64,000 bases of DNA from the NCBI GenBank assembly GCA_938045545.1, contig CALIBN010000007.1, forward strand, positions 64,001 to 128,000. Reading direction: 5' to 3'. The stretch comes from an uncultured archaeon (lineage in GTDB: Archaea > Thermoproteota > EX4484-205 > JAAOZP01). Numbering within the stretch: the first letter of the stretch is position 1; the number at the start of each line of letters is the position of its first letter. The notes beneath the pieces were generated by a model. That model saw only the letters and a list, made by a program, of their open reading frames with translations, had not been told where the DNA came from and did not search any database. Below, one piece after another: positions 19,932 to 30,197 of the stretch. The position numbers were made by a program, and so were the translations under genes.

Positions 19932-21338
19932 TTACCTTTCTTCCACGAGTGTTAACTCTCCGTCCTTTTTAATCACCACGAATAGTGCTGCCAGAGCTGT
20001 GGATGCCGATAGCGCTCCCATGTATCGCGTAAGGCCAGTTAAATCAACCGTCTGAGACACTACTTTGAACACGTAGTTGATCGGCTCGCTCTCCACAATC
20101 CGGTATAGCTGTCCATATAGGACGATGCTTACTGCCCGCGTTGTCAGGTTTCCCTCGCCACTGCTCAGGAACCCGTCGGAATCATAGGCTCCAGTAAAAT
20201 AATGTATAGTCGTATTCACGTTGACAACGCTGACTGTCGAACCCGCTTTCACCATTACTGGGAGTCTAATGCTCTTACTGCTTAAAATTATCTGTCTGTT
20301 AGAATTGGCTGCATTGTAAAGCAATCCAGCCGCGTTCAACCTGTTTAGCAATATTCTCGTAGTGTCCAAAGATACCCTTGCAATCTGAGACTCCAGGTCT
20401 GGCAGCTGTATGCCCACGTAGTCAACGTAGGGGGTTCCTTCACACGTATATTGAATTGTTGTTGACTTTACAGTGTCTTGAACAGCCAACCCTGAGGAGG
20501 CGTAGGCTGCTCCAGCTAAAAGCAAAACCATGAAAACTGTGGTAATGGTTTTTGAGAAAAAGCCTAGTCCCCTCGTCTTCAGGTTGATAGGCATCAAGTA
20601 GGGGAAGAGGCTGTATAGCCGCAGCATTCTAAACATGGCAATCCTCCTTTTATCGACAATGAGCGGAAGCAACGCTATTCCCATTACGAACCCTCCTGCG
20701 TGAGCAAAAACCGCTGTGCTTCCCGCGGTCCTGGTGAAGCCGTAAATCACCTGTGTTGCAAACCAGAATATTATGTAGTAGGCGGCCTTGATCCTGAAAA
20801 ACATTGGGAAGAGTATGAAGCTCCAGCCCACTACGAGATATGTACCCGGGTAAAGTATGAGGTACGCCCCCAGGATTCCGCTGATCGCTCCAGACGCGCC
20901 GATTGCAGGAACCGTGTATGCTGAAAAACCGCCTAGAAAGCTAAACGCGGTGTGGAATATGGATGCTGCAACTCCTGCAGTCAAGTATAAAAGTAGGAAT
21001 CTTAACTTGCCTAGGATGCTTTCAACAGCCCTGCCGAAAACATATAGGAAATACATGTTGAAGAGTATGTGGAAGAAATCGGCGTGGAGAAACATTGATG
21101 TAAAAACCCTATACCACTGGAAGGGGGTTTCTATAAGCGAAGGGATGAAACCACCAATGCTCACCCAGTATTCACTGGTCTCTATGAAGAAACTCTCGTA
21201 GGAGGTTAAGACGTATATTAAAACATTAACCATTATTATGATTATTGTAACCGTCGGCTTGGTTTTGAAACCAGCTGGACTACCAATCGGTATGCCGAAG
21301 CTCGTTCTAAATCCGCCGGAAGCCATTTCCCTACTCAT
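19932..21338 (-). CDS. Rhomboid intramembrane serine protease with a long C-terminal extension
   Basis: WYRVFTSMFLHADFFHILFNM, catalytic GASG and AHAGG. About 230 extra residues arranged TM-soluble domain-TM. Confidence 0.85.
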   Translation of the reverse strand: MSREMASGGFRTSFGIPIGSPAGFKTKPTVTIIIIMVNVLIYVLTSYESFFIETSEYWVSIGGFIPSLIETPFQWYRVFTSMFLHADFFHILFNMYFLYVFGRAVESILGKLRFLLLYLTAGVAASIFHTAFSFLGGFSAYTVPAIGASGAISGILGAYLILYPGTYLVVGWSFILFPMFFRIKAAYYIIFWFATQVIYGFTRTAGSTAVFAHAGGFVMGIALLPLIVDKRRIAMFRMLRLYSLFPYLMPINLKTRGLGFFSKTITTVFMVLLLAGAAYASSGLAVQDTVKSTTIQYTCEGTPYVDYVGIQLPDLESQIARVSLDTTRILLNRLNAAGLLYNAANSNRQIILSSKSIRLPVMVKAGSTVSVVNVNTTIHYFTGAYDSDGFLSSGEGNLTTRAVSIVLYGQLYRIVESEPINYVFKVVSQTVDLTGLTRYMGALSASTALAALFVVIKKDGELTLVEER

Positions 21339-22608
21339 ACCTCAGTGCATCGACAGGTTTAAGTTTTGAGGCTTTCCAAGCAGGGTAGAGGGCGAACACC
21401 ATGGTGACAGTCAAACCGAAGACGAGGGCTCCAAGTATAACTGTTGGAGTTAAGACCGGTGTTATCGTGATGCCGTTTGATACTGCAGCCCGGTTTCCCT
21501 GCCGTATGATGCCCACTCTATCCGAGGAGCCGAATATCCTTAAAACAATTTGCGCTAAGCTCCATCCTGCGCCGATCCCGATTAAAGTCCCTAGCAAACC
21601 TATTATGGCTGCCTCGCACAAGAATATCAGTAGCACTTGATGATTCTTCATACCTAAAGCCTTCAGTATGCCTATTTCCCTGGTTCGCTCCATTACAGAT
21701 ACGATCATAATGTTCATTATGCCTATTCCTGCTACAAGAAGCGAGATTGCCGCGATCCCCGCTAGGAAGAGCTCAACCGTTGAGAATACGCTTGAAATAA
21801 TGTTTAAGATGGCTGTTGAAGAAGTGACTGATACACGGCCTCCTAAGGCTTCCCTTATGGCCTTCGTCGCACTGTCGATTGTAGCCCTATCGTCATTCCT
21901 CAACTTAACGATTATCATCTCGCAGGTTTCAGTTCCGAAGAAGCTTTGAGCCTTCGAAATCGGAATATATATCCTGTTGTCTGAGGGGCCACCGATGGTG
22001 AATCCCCCGATCTCACGGAGAACAGCCGCAACTCTGCCTACATACGTTTCGTTTCTAAGTGGTCTTGCGGTCGTGTTGGTCCAAAGTATCTCTAACGTGT
22101 CGCCAGTCCTGCAGAGAATTGTTCCATTACCCCAAGGGTCGCTCACCTGCTTTCCTATTACGATAGCGTTGTCTTCAGGGTTTAACGGGATTTCCCCCTC
22201 CTCGGCTGCGAACGCGCTGCTGTAAATCTCCCTGTAGGCGGCAAAATCGACGCCAGTTACCGTAACTCGACGCGTCTGCCCGTTTGGCATTCTTATATAG
22301 CATATTCTTTGAATCACTGCTATTGAGGCAGTAACGTTATCCATCTCTTTTATTGTTTGAGCATCCTTAACCAACAAGTTGAACTCGTTTACGCCACCCA
22401 AACCCCCGCCTGCGGCGACGATTAGAGTGTCTGTTGCGAAACCTCTCTGAAGCTGTGCGGATATTGCTACTTGAAGCCCCTGAGTTATTGAAAGCAGTGC
22501 CACTATTGCGGCTATTCCAATGACTACGCCTAGCGTCGTTAAACCTGCTCTGAGTTTACGCAGCTTTATCGCGCTGAAAGCATATGAAAACAAGTCTATT
22601 ATCCTCAT
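21331..22608 (-). CDS. MacB/FtsX-family ABC permease
   Basis: KLRAGLTTLGVVIG, SVMERTREIGILKALG and YPAWKASKLKPVDALRYE. Confidence 0.9.
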   Translation of the reverse strand: MRIIDLFSYAFSAIKLRKLRAGLTTLGVVIGIAAIVALLSITQGLQVAISAQLQRGFATDTLIVAAGGGLGGVNEFNLLVKDAQTIKEMDNVTASIAVIQRICYIRMPNGQTRRVTVTGVDFAAYREIYSSAFAAEEGEIPLNPEDNAIVIGKQVSDPWGNGTILCRTGDTLEILWTNTTARPLRNETYVGRVAAVLREIGGFTIGGPSDNRIYIPISKAQSFFGTETCEMIIVKLRNDDRATIDSATKAIREALGGRVSVTSSTAILNIISSVFSTVELFLAGIAAISLLVAGIGIMNIMIVSVMERTREIGILKALGMKNHQVLLIFLCEAAIIGLLGTLIGIGAGWSLAQIVLRIFGSSDRVGIIRQGNRAAVSNGITITPVLTPTVILGALVFGLTVTMVFALYPAWKASKLKPVDALRYE

Positions 22609-22609
22609 T

Positions 22610-23296
22610 TCAACTCACCGTCTCCCTGACAATCATGCCGTCAAGCATGTACACTATTCTCTTAGCTTCCGCAGCCAGCTGCTGATCATGGGTAACCATT
22701 ATTATTGTTACACCCTTATCCTCATTAAGCCTTTTTACGAGCCTTATTATTTCGTAAGCGTTTTTAGAATCTATGTTTCCAGTGGGTTCATCCATAAGCA
22801 AGAATCTCGGGTTGTTGGCTAGGGCTCTGGCAATCGCGACGCGTTGCTGCTCGCCCCCACTGAGCTCCGTCGGCTTGTGATTCATCCTGCTTGCTAAACC
22901 AACCATTTGCAAGAGTTCCTCAGCACGTTTTCTCCTCTCGCCCTTGCTTAAGCCGGCAATCGACATGGGTAGTTCAACGTTCTCCCTTGCTGTGAACCTC
23001 GGAATAAGGTTGAAGAATTGGAAGACAAACCCTATTTTAATCCTTAAATCCGCAAGCTGGTTATCATTCAGGGCTGACACATCAATGTTTTCGATGAAAA
23101 GCTTTCCCCCCGTAGGCTTGTCTAAAGCTCCTATCAGGTTTAGGAGAGTCGACTTTCCGCTTCCCGAGGGCCCTAGTACTGAGAGAAACTCGCCCTCCCT
23201 CACTTCAAGGTTTACTTCACGAAGAGCCTCAACCGGAATCCTGCCCTGCATGTAGGTTTTCCTGAGATCAACAGTTTTAATGATGGTCTTAGCCAT
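22610..23296 (-). CDS. MacB/LolD-type ABC ATP-binding protein
   Basis: [33 protein letters not shown] and VTHD. Confidence 0.92.
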   Translation of the reverse strand: MAKTIIKTVDLRKTYMQGRIPVEALREVNLEVREGEFLSVLGPSGSGKSTLLNLIGALDKPTGGKLFIENIDVSALNDNQLADLRIKIGFVFQFFNLIPRFTARENVELPMSIAGLSKGERRKRAEELLQMVGLASRMNHKPTELSGGEQQRVAIARALANNPRFLLMDEPTGNIDSKNAYEIIRLVKRLNEDKGVTIIMVTHDQQLAAEAKRIVYMLDGMIVRETVS

Positions 23297-23311
23297 TTCT
23301 CCAACACCATC

Positions 23312-24271
23312 CTACTTAGACAGGTATCTCCAGGAAAGCACTATTCCTATTGAAGAAAGCACGGTGGCGAAGAAACCTAGGTACATAAAGTCAGTGGTAA
23401 GCTTAGAAACGTCTAAAGTCAGGATTGTCAACTGCCTTAAAGCGTCTGTCAGATAGCTAAGCGGGTTTACATAAGCCACTGCCTGCAACCAGTCCGGCAT
23501 TAAAGTGATTGGGAATAAAGTGTTGCTCGCAAACATCAGCGGCATAGTGATTAAGCTTATGAATTGCATGGGCCTCTCCAACTTAGTTGATCTTAGGGAG
23601 AATGCTAGGAAAACCGATGAAAGCCCTACGCTGAGAAGGAATATTGCAGCGTAAACCCCAAACATGTTAATCAGGGTGAAGCTTGGGCTCAACTGCAACC
23701 CGAATATTGTTGCAAGGGTCAGGATTATCGTGGCCTGAAGCATCGCTCTTAAAGTCGCGTTAAGAACCTTCGAAAAGATTATGGCACCGCGGGGCACAGG
23801 CGTGCTCAAAACTTTATCTAGGAACCCTAGACGCCTATCCCAAACTATAGACATTCCGCTGAACATAGTCGTGGTCATAACTATCATTGAAATCATGCCG
23901 ATGGACATGTAGCTGAAGTAATCCGTTACCCCGAAAACGTTCCTCATAACGTTAGCACCAATATCTGAAACCGTCTGCTGGATTATCTGGGAAACCATTG
24001 TACCGCTAACATATATTACTCCGTTAGCCGGAGGAATCACGTAGTTTCCCGGTATCGGAATTTTCTCCGGAACCTCTATGTTGCCCAGGTTGCCTGCTGA
24101 GAACATTGCAGCCAGGTTCATCGACTTCCCTAGAAGCCCCATCCAGATTAAAGGCTGGATCACGAGCATTAGAAGCATTATGGGGTCGTTTAACCATTTT
24201 TTAAGCTCCCTGACCGTTAAAGCCCACAGGCCGCGGAGAAGGCTCGGATGATACTCTTTCACTCTGCTCAT
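23312..24271 (-). CDS. ABC-2 type exporter permease (DrrB-like)
   Basis: DRRLGFLDKVLSTP and MPDWLQAVAYVNPLSY. 6 TMs with an enlarged first loop. Confidence 0.88.
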   Translation of the reverse strand: MSRVKEYHPSLLRGLWALTVRELKKWLNDPIMLLMLVIQPLIWMGLLGKSMNLAAMFSAGNLGNIEVPEKIPIPGNYVIPPANGVIYVSGTMVSQIIQQTVSDIGANVMRNVFGVTDYFSYMSIGMISMIVMTTTMFSGMSIVWDRRLGFLDKVLSTPVPRGAIIFSKVLNATLRAMLQATIILTLATIFGLQLSPSFTLINMFGVYAAIFLLSVGLSSVFLAFSLRSTKLERPMQFISLITMPLMFASNTLFPITLMPDWLQAVAYVNPLSYLTDALRQLTILTLDVSKLTTDFMYLGFFATVLSSIGIVLSWRYLSK

Positions 24272-25272
24272 CTTGCCCTCGCCCTCCTAATGGTCATCCT
24301 CTGGCTTCGGAAAGCCTCTTTAGACTCCTCCGTGTCTCGCATAGACCTGCCCGTGTATTCCAGGTAAACCTCGTTTAAAGTTGGTTCTGTAAGCGAAAGC
24401 CTGGTCACAGTATAGCCGTTCCTTCTGAGAGCCTCGATTATCAGAGGAGCGGTTTCCTCCCCCGACTCCACCTTGATCCTGTAGGAACCATTCTCGTTTC
24501 TAACCTCCTTAACGTTTTCAACGCTGCGAATTATGCTACTGATGTCAACATCCTCCTTTATGCTTATCGTAATGATGTCGCCGCCTAAACTATGCTTCAA
24601 TTCTTCGGGGTCTCCGGTTATGATGATTTTCCCATAGTCGATTATTGCTATACGGTCGCAAAGGGTGTCAGCCTCCTCCAAGTAGTGCGTCGTCATGAAA
24701 ATAGTCATGTCATATTCCTCTTTCAAACGCTTAATGTAGTTCCATGTTGCAGCCCTGGTTTGGACATCTAGACCTAGCGTCGGCTCGTCTAGGAAAAGAA
24801 CCCTCGGCCGGTTTATCAGGCCACTTGCGAGCTCGAGTCTTCGCCTCATCCCCCCGGAATAGGTTTCAACCTTCTTATCTTTGAAGCTGGTGAGTTCAAC
24901 GAGCTCCAGCAGCTCAACAGCCCTCTTCTTCGAGACTTCGCGTGGAATGCCGTAGAGGTCTGCACATAGAATGATGTTCTCGTAGCCTGTTAAATCCTCG
25001 TCTGCCGTGTACTCTTGTGGAACAACGCCTATAACCTTCCTAACCTCGTTAGCCTGCTTCACAACGTCGTATCCTAGAATGGAGGCTGTACCTTCTGTCG
25101 GCCTTAAAACAGTTATCAGCATATTTATGGTGGTTGTCTTACCGGCGCCATTGGGACCGAGGAAACCGAAGATTTCACCGTGTTTAACGCTGAAGCTCAC
25201 ATGGTCGACTGCAACCAGATTCTTGTTGAAAACCTTAGTAAGGCCTGTAGCAACTATGACTTCCTTAGACAC
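24268..25272 (-). CDS. ABC exporter ATP-binding protein (DrrA-like)
   Basis: [25 protein letters not shown] and TTHYLEEA. Confidence 0.92.
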   Translation of the reverse strand: MSKEVIVATGLTKVFNKNLVAVDHVSFSVKHGEIFGFLGPNGAGKTTTINMLITVLRPTEGTASILGYDVVKQANEVRKVIGVVPQEYTADEDLTGYENIILCADLYGIPREVSKKRAVELLELVELTSFKDKKVETYSGGMRRRLELASGLINRPRVLFLDEPTLGLDVQTRAATWNYIKRLKEEYDMTIFMTTHYLEEADTLCDRIAIIDYGKIIITGDPEELKHSLGGDIITISIKEDVDISSIIRSVENVKEVRNENGSYRIKVESGEETAPLIIEALRRNGYTVTRLSLTEPTLNEVYLEYTGRSMRDTEESKEAFRSQRMTIRRARAR

Positions 25273-25279
25273 TCTGAAT

Positions 25280-25816
25280 CTACCCCCTAATCCTCTTGTT
25301 TAACTCTTCTATTTTTCCTGCAGCTTCCTCAAGCACCCTGACTACTTCTGCAAGATCCTCCTTAGTCGCCCTGCCTCTTGAAAGAATCATGAATTCCCTG
25401 AAGGCGGAGAAAAGACGTTTAATAGGATCGTGAAGCCCCCCAAGTCTATCCTCTGGAAACCTGCCGACGAAAGGAGGCGGTGGAAGTAGGAGAGGGAAGG
25501 AAACCATTCTTTCGACGAGCCTTTCCCTTATCTTACCCTTCTCCTCAAGGAGTTTTCTACCCTTGTCAGTCAACTCGTAGCGTTTAACCCCTGTCTCATC
25601 CCTTGGAAGAGCCTTTATGAACCCTTTTTCATGCAGCCATGTGAGCAGGGGGTAGATTGAGCCTGGGCTCGGTCTCCAAGCCCCGTGGCTTTCCTCCTCA
25701 ATCCTATCCATTATTTCAGAGCCGGACATGGGCTTCTCACTCAGCTTTTCTAGAACCAAGTATCTTAGAAGACCCTTTGGCGCGTAAGCCATATGCCTCA
25801 TCCAGTGCCTAAACAT
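25280..25816 (-). CDS. PadR-family transcriptional regulator
   Basis: KGLLRYLVL...PMSGSEI...WRPSPGSIYPLL...YELTDKG. Confidence 0.9.
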   Translation of the reverse strand: MFRHWMRHMAYAPKGLLRYLVLEKLSEKPMSGSEIMDRIEEESHGAWRPSPGSIYPLLTWLHEKGFIKALPRDETGVKRYELTDKGRKLLEEKGKIRERLVERMVSFPLLLPPPPFVGRFPEDRLGGLHDPIKRLFSAFREFMILSRGRATKEDLAEVVRVLEEAAGKIEELNKRIRG

Positions 25817-25823
25817 GTCGCTG

Positions 25824-25850
25824 TCGATATCGATAACGATATATAAACTT
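25824..25850 (-). promoter_or_regulatory. PadR operon promoter: TATA box with an adjacent inverted repeat (candidate operator)
   Basis: ATATCG-ataa-CGATAT (25827-25842) and an overlapping TCGATATCGA palindrome (25824-25833). Minus-strand TTTATATA lies about 27 nt upstream of the ATG. Confidence 0.6.
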
Positions 25851-25923
25851 TACTGTTCTCCAAATTTATTTCTTACGAGTAGGCTCACGCTAAAGATATA
25901 AACCCTTAAAACAAATAGTCGCC

Positions 25924-27186
25924 ATGCTAGTTAAGATACCTTTCGGAAAGGGCTTTGAAGAGTGTGAGATTGAGGATTCCAGGATCCATGCTCATCTCGA
26001 GCCATCTTGGCCCACGCCTGGTAACCCTGATTTTTTCATTGAAAACGCTTTATCGAATCCGATAGGGTCTAAAAGCCTTGATGAGCTTGCCGAGAGTGCG
26101 GGCAGGATACTAATTATTACTAGTGATAACACTAGGCCCGTCCCGAGTAAAACTACTCTTCCAAGGCTTATCTCAAAAATGAAGAAGGCGTCGCCACAGG
26201 CTTCTATACGGCTGCTAGTGGCTACCGGGCTACACGAATGGTCTCCCAGTGGAAGCGAGTTGAAAGAGAAGTTCGGTCAGGCGCTGGACTATTTAGATGA
26301 GTTTGTTATTCACTCGGCTAAAAACGTTGGTTCGCTGGTTAACCTCGGCTCGTTGTCAACCGGCAACAGGCTTTACGTAAACACTCTTTTAAAAGAGGCC
26401 GACCTAGTGGTTTCTGAGGGATATATTGAGGGCCACTTCTTCGCAGGCTTCACCGGGGGGCCGAAGAGTGTTCTCCCCGGCGTTTCAGGGGTTGAGACCA
26501 TAATGAACAATCACTCTCCGAGAAACATTGATCATCCGAACGCCAGGTGCGGTGTTGCTGAGGGAAACCCTATATACGAGGAGATGCTGGAGGCAGCAAA
26601 CATGGCAAGACTCCGCTTCATTCTGAACGTCGTGTTAGACGGTAGGAAGCGGATGCTTTCAGCCTTCGCAGGAGACCCGATTGAAGCGCATAGAAGTGGC
26701 CGTGTCTTCACTTTAAAATACTGCGGTGTGAAGCCAGTCCCAGGGGATATAGTAATAACTTCAAACGGCGGTTATCCTCTAGACCGAAACCTCTACCAGC
26801 TTGTTAAAGGTATTTCAAACGGTGCCCTGACGGCTAGGGAGGACGGTGTAATCGTGGCGTGCGGCGAATGCGTAGACGGGGTTGGGCACCAAGGGTTCTA
26901 CGAGATGCTTGCCTCCTCAAGCAGCCCAGGCGAGTTTCTAAGGAGACTTAGGTCTGGAGAAATATGGAGGGAGGCGCAATGGGAGGCCCAGGTTTTGGCG
27001 AGAGTCTTAGAGAAGTTTCGCGTGATAGTTGTCTCAAGAGGCGTGGATTCGAAAACAGTTGAATCCATGCATATGATGCATGCGAAAAGCCTGAAGGAGG
27101 GTTTGGAAATCGCTCTTAGCCTCAAGCCTCTGGGGAGGATAACTCTTCTCCCCGACGGCCCTTCCACAATACCTCTTCCACAATAA
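25924..27186 (+). CDS. larA: Nickel-pincer-dependent lactate racemase (LarA) family 2-hydroxy-acid racemase/epimerase
   Basis: SDNTRP, ATGLH, HFFAGFTGGPKSVLPG, NNH and GGYPLDRNLYQ. Confidence 0.85.
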   Translation: MLVKIPFGKGFEECEIEDSRIHAHLEPSWPTPGNPDFFIENALSNPIGSKSLDELAESAGRILIITSDNTRPVPSKTTLPRLISKMKKASPQASIRLLVATGLHEWSPSGSELKEKFGQALDYLDEFVIHSAKNVGSLVNLGSLSTGNRLYVNTLLKEADLVVSEGYIEGHFFAGFTGGPKSVLPGVSGVETIMNNHSPRNIDHPNARCGVAEGNPIYEEMLEAANMARLRFILNVVLDGRKRMLSAFAGDPIEAHRSGRVFTLKYCGVKPVPGDIVITSNGGYPLDRNLYQLVKGISNGALTAREDGVIVACGECVDGVGHQGFYEMLASSSSPGEFLRRLRSGEIWREAQWEAQVLARVLEKFRVIVVSRGVDSKTVESMHMMHAKSLKEGLEIALSLKPLGRITLLPDGPSTIPLPQ

Positions 27187-27227
27187 GCGGTTAGCAGCAT
27201 ACTGTCTATGCGGATTATCTGCCTACA

Positions 27228-27851
27228 TTACCATCTGGTGAATTCAACCGTCTTATCTCTCTTAGGCGGGATGCCGGATGTGTGCACAAGATACCGGATC
27301 TGTGAGGAAGCCTCGATCATACAGGTGACGTGGTAAGCCTCTTCCAGGAGCTTAGCCGCGGCGAATGTTCCGTGACCCCTCACCACAACCCCCTTATAGT
27401 GTTTAAGCGCCTCCGAAACCTTTTCCTCAAGCTCCTTGGAGCCGCTCACTTCTTTAACAACAAGCACAGGTACTTTTCTAAGCACGTAGTCTCCCTCGGC
27501 ATCCATCGGAATTATCTCGTCGAAAATCAGTGAGCAGACTATCGAGTAGGGTGGGTGAGCATGTACAACGGCCAGTGCTGAAGTATTAAGATATATGGCC
27601 CTGTGAACCATGGTTTCAGAAGAGCTTAATAGTATGGAACTATCCTCCTCGAAAAGGTCTACTTCAACAATGTCCTCAGGCCCTATCTCGTCGGCAGCCG
27701 CACCCCTCCTTTTAATATACATCTTATCGCCAACCCTAACGCTTATGTTTCCGCTATGGCTAACCATGTAGCCTTTGTCGAAAAGCTTCTTGCCATACTT
27801 GCTTATCTCCTTCCAAACCTCGCTTACACCACTAATGTTCAATTCTCTCAA
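27228..27851 (-). CDS. Class II (Zn) aldolase/adducin family, L-fuculose-1-phosphate aldolase-like
   Basis: SGNISVR, SSETMVHRAIY, VVHAHP and VRGHG. Confidence 0.85.
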   Translation of the reverse strand: MRELNISGVSEVWKEISKYGKKLFDKGYMVSHSGNISVRVGDKMYIKRRGAAADEIGPEDIVEVDLFEEDSSILLSSSETMVHRAIYLNTSALAVVHAHPPYSIVCSLIFDEIIPMDAEGDYVLRKVPVLVVKEVSGSKELEEKVSEALKHYKGVVVRGHGTFAAAKLLEEAYHVTCMIEASSQIRYLVHTSGIPPKRDKTVEFTRW

Positions 27852-27939
27852 TTTTCCTTCTCATTAAAAGTAATATTTAAAGACTCTGGGCGTTATTACG
27901 CAACTCTTTCCCCATCTTGTTTGCAATAATCTGCCTGAG

Positions 27940-28200
27940 CTAGTCTTACTCCTCCTCGATAAAGATGAGGAGTTCGCTATGCTGGGAGACTAGGGTTATC
28001 TGAAATCTTAAAGAGGCTTGATAGGCTTGAAAAACTAGGTTAGGCCGTGGGAGGATCAGAATAAGCTTTGGGAAGAGGTTAGGAGCATAAGGAGCGAGAT
28101 CCGATACATGAGAGCCGAGTTAAGAGCTTCGGAAGAGCTGTTGGAAGGACTTTACAACGGCATTCGTGGAAATCATCCTGGAAGAGAGGGTTACGCTAGG
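27940..28200 (+). pseudogene. Remnant of an archaeal coiled-coil / PD-(D/E)XK (DUF3782-like) gene
   Basis: Frameshifted pieces read LLLDKDEEF(R)YA..GRLGLSEILKRLDRLE and WEDQNKLWEEVRSIRSE. Confidence 0.5.
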
Positions 28201-28418
28201 GCGCGCTCCAATAATCTTCAAACAGCACCAACTAAAGGTTTACACTCCCCAACTCCCATGGATTTAAGCATAGCTATTTTTTAATTTTTTAATTCACATA
28301 AAGAATCGTATACGTTGCATTGGAAGCTCATTCATTTTTTTAAAAGAAGCTATCACCTCAGCTTCTGGAAGCAAGCTTGTTGCCCCTGTAAGCATGATTT
28401 CCAGTTTAACCCTTCTGT

Positions 28419-30197
28419 CTAACCATCCAAGTCCAATTTCTCAATTGTTCTCCTAGTTGGGCGCCCCTCATTATCCCATCCTCTTGCCCTATAATACTCG
28501 TTAAGCATTAGGTCGAGCTCAACAACCTGCCCCTTTGTTGGTCCATCAGCCAATGGCTCGCTTAGAAGCCTCTTAGGAAGAGTATCATCCCTCCTGCTAA
28601 ACCCCTCTCTTATGTTGAAAAGCCTCTCGAGGTTCCATATTCTCTCGCCTACGAGCATGAGGTCTTCAGCCGTATACTTTACGCCGGTTGCAGCTGAAAG
28701 CATCCTTGAGTAGTATTCTTCGTCAAGCCCGTATCCTGTGAACCTGCATGCTACGAGCGTATCCATGGCTGCGTAAAGGTTCTGCTGGTATATCACTAGG
28801 CCGGCCTTGTTGACCGTCGAAAACCTGTCTATCCTCTTCGGAACCCCAAGTATTTCCAAGCCTATCATATACGACCTTAGGTGGCAGCCTCCCCTGTTGC
28901 TTGTGGCGTATGCTAGCCCCTGCCCCTTCGCTCCCCGGGGGTCGTAGGCGGGCAGCTCCAAGCCTTTAACATGCATGGCTGCATCTGGATCCCCGTATTT
29001 CTCAGCGAGCCTACGCGAGCCCTCTGCAAGATCGTTTCCGAAGCCCTTCCTGTAAGCGGTTTCCTCAATCAGCTCCATGATTTTATCCCCGTCGCCCCAC
29101 TTTACTTCCTCAGGCGTCAAACCCTTCTCGCTAAGCTCCATCGCGCAGGCTATCGTAACGCCTGTTGAAATAGTGTCCAGCCCAAGGTCGTTGCACAAAT
29201 TGTTTGCCCTCCAAATCGTCTCAAGGTCCCAAAGCAGGCAGCAGGAGCCAAGTGAGAAGACTGTCTCATACTCCGGCCCCTCGCCCTCAGCACTGTCTAG
29301 ACGAGTCCTCCTGCCGCACGAGATCCCGCATCCGAAGCATGCCTTAGGTTTAACAAGCAGCCTCCTGGTTATCTCCTCTCCAGCAATATTCCTTGCCTCA
29401 GGCACGAAAGTTGCCTGGAAGTTTTTAGCCGGCAGCACGCCAAGCTCGTTCATAAGATTTACTAAAACAGCCGTCCCAAACCTGGGTAGGGCTTTACTCG
29501 TAATAGGGTTCTGGCCGAAAACCCTGTTGCATTCTCTGACTACGAAGAGAAAATTCTCCTTGTCGGCGATTTCAACTGTCTTGCTTCCTTTTGCGACGAT
29601 TGCTTTCAGCTTCTTCGAACCCATTACTGCGCCGACCCCGCCTCTCGCAGCAGCCCTGTAGTAGTCGTTCATTATTCCCGCTATTCTCACAAGGTTTTCC
29701 CCCGCAGGGCCTATGCACGCTACCCTGGCTTCCTTCCCGAACTTTTCAGTCAACATGCTCGTGGCTTCAAACACTCTCATACCCCAGTATTTTTCACCGT
29801 CTAGAACCTGAATATCCTTATCATCCATGTATATTATCACCGGGTTTTGAGCTGCTCCCCGGATTACGAGCACATCGATGCCGCATGCTTTGAACCTGGT
29901 TGCGAAAAATCCTCCCGAGTTTGCGTCGAATATCGTGCCTGTCAACGGGGATTTGGTTGACACGGAGAACCTGCCTGAAGTCGGCGCAGCCGTTGCCGTA
30001 AGCGGGCCGACTGCGAAAACCAGCACGTTATTCTTGCTTAAAGGGTCAACTTCAGGGCCAACGTTGTCGTAGACGATTTTAGCTCCTATTCCTCTTCCAC
30101 CGATAAACCTGAGCTTCTCATCCTCATTCCACGTGCGAAAAGTTATCTTTGAACTAGACAGGTCTACCTCGGCGATTGATCCCATCCAGCCTGCCAT
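28419..30197 (-). CDS. aor: Tungsten-type aldehyde:ferredoxin oxidoreductase family protein
   Basis: GGRG, KSPLTG, GPAGENLV, RGGVGAVMGSKKLK, CFGCGISC, GPEYET, DLGLDTIS and RGGCH. Confidence 0.92.
   Translation of the reverse strand: MAGWMGSIAEVDLSSSKITFRTWNEDEKLRFIGGRGIGAKIVYDNVGPEVDPLSKNNVLVFAVGPLTATAAPTSGRFSVSTKSPLTGTIFDANSGGFFATRFKACGIDVLVIRGAAQNPVIIYMDDKDIQVLDGEKYWGMRVFEATSMLTEKFGKEARVACIGPAGENLVRIAGIMNDYYRAAARGGVGAVMGSKKLKAIVAKGSKTVEIADKENFLFVVRECNRVFGQNPITSKALPRFGTAVLVNLMNELGVLPAKNFQATFVPEARNIAGEEITRRLLVKPKACFGCGISCGRRTRLDSAEGEGPEYETVFSLGSCCLLWDLETIWRANNLCNDLGLDTISTGVTIACAMELSEKGLTPEEVKWGDGDKIMELIEETAYRKGFGNDLAEGSRRLAEKYGDPDAAMHVKGLELPAYDPRGAKGQGLAYATSNRGGCHLRSYMIGLEILGVPKRIDRFSTVNKAGLVIYQQNLYAAMDTLVACRFTGYGLDEEYYSRMLSAATGVKYTAEDLMLVGERIWNLERLFNIREGFSRRDDTLPKRLLSEPLADGPTKGQVVELDLMLNEYYRARGWDNEGRPTRRTIEKLDLDG

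Noticed and set aside
29077-29661. Long antisense and alternative-frame ORFs inside real genes (e.g. 29077-29661, 32942-33487, 37745-38224, 1449-1823)
   Set aside because: They shadow well-supported genes and have no domain motifs of their own.
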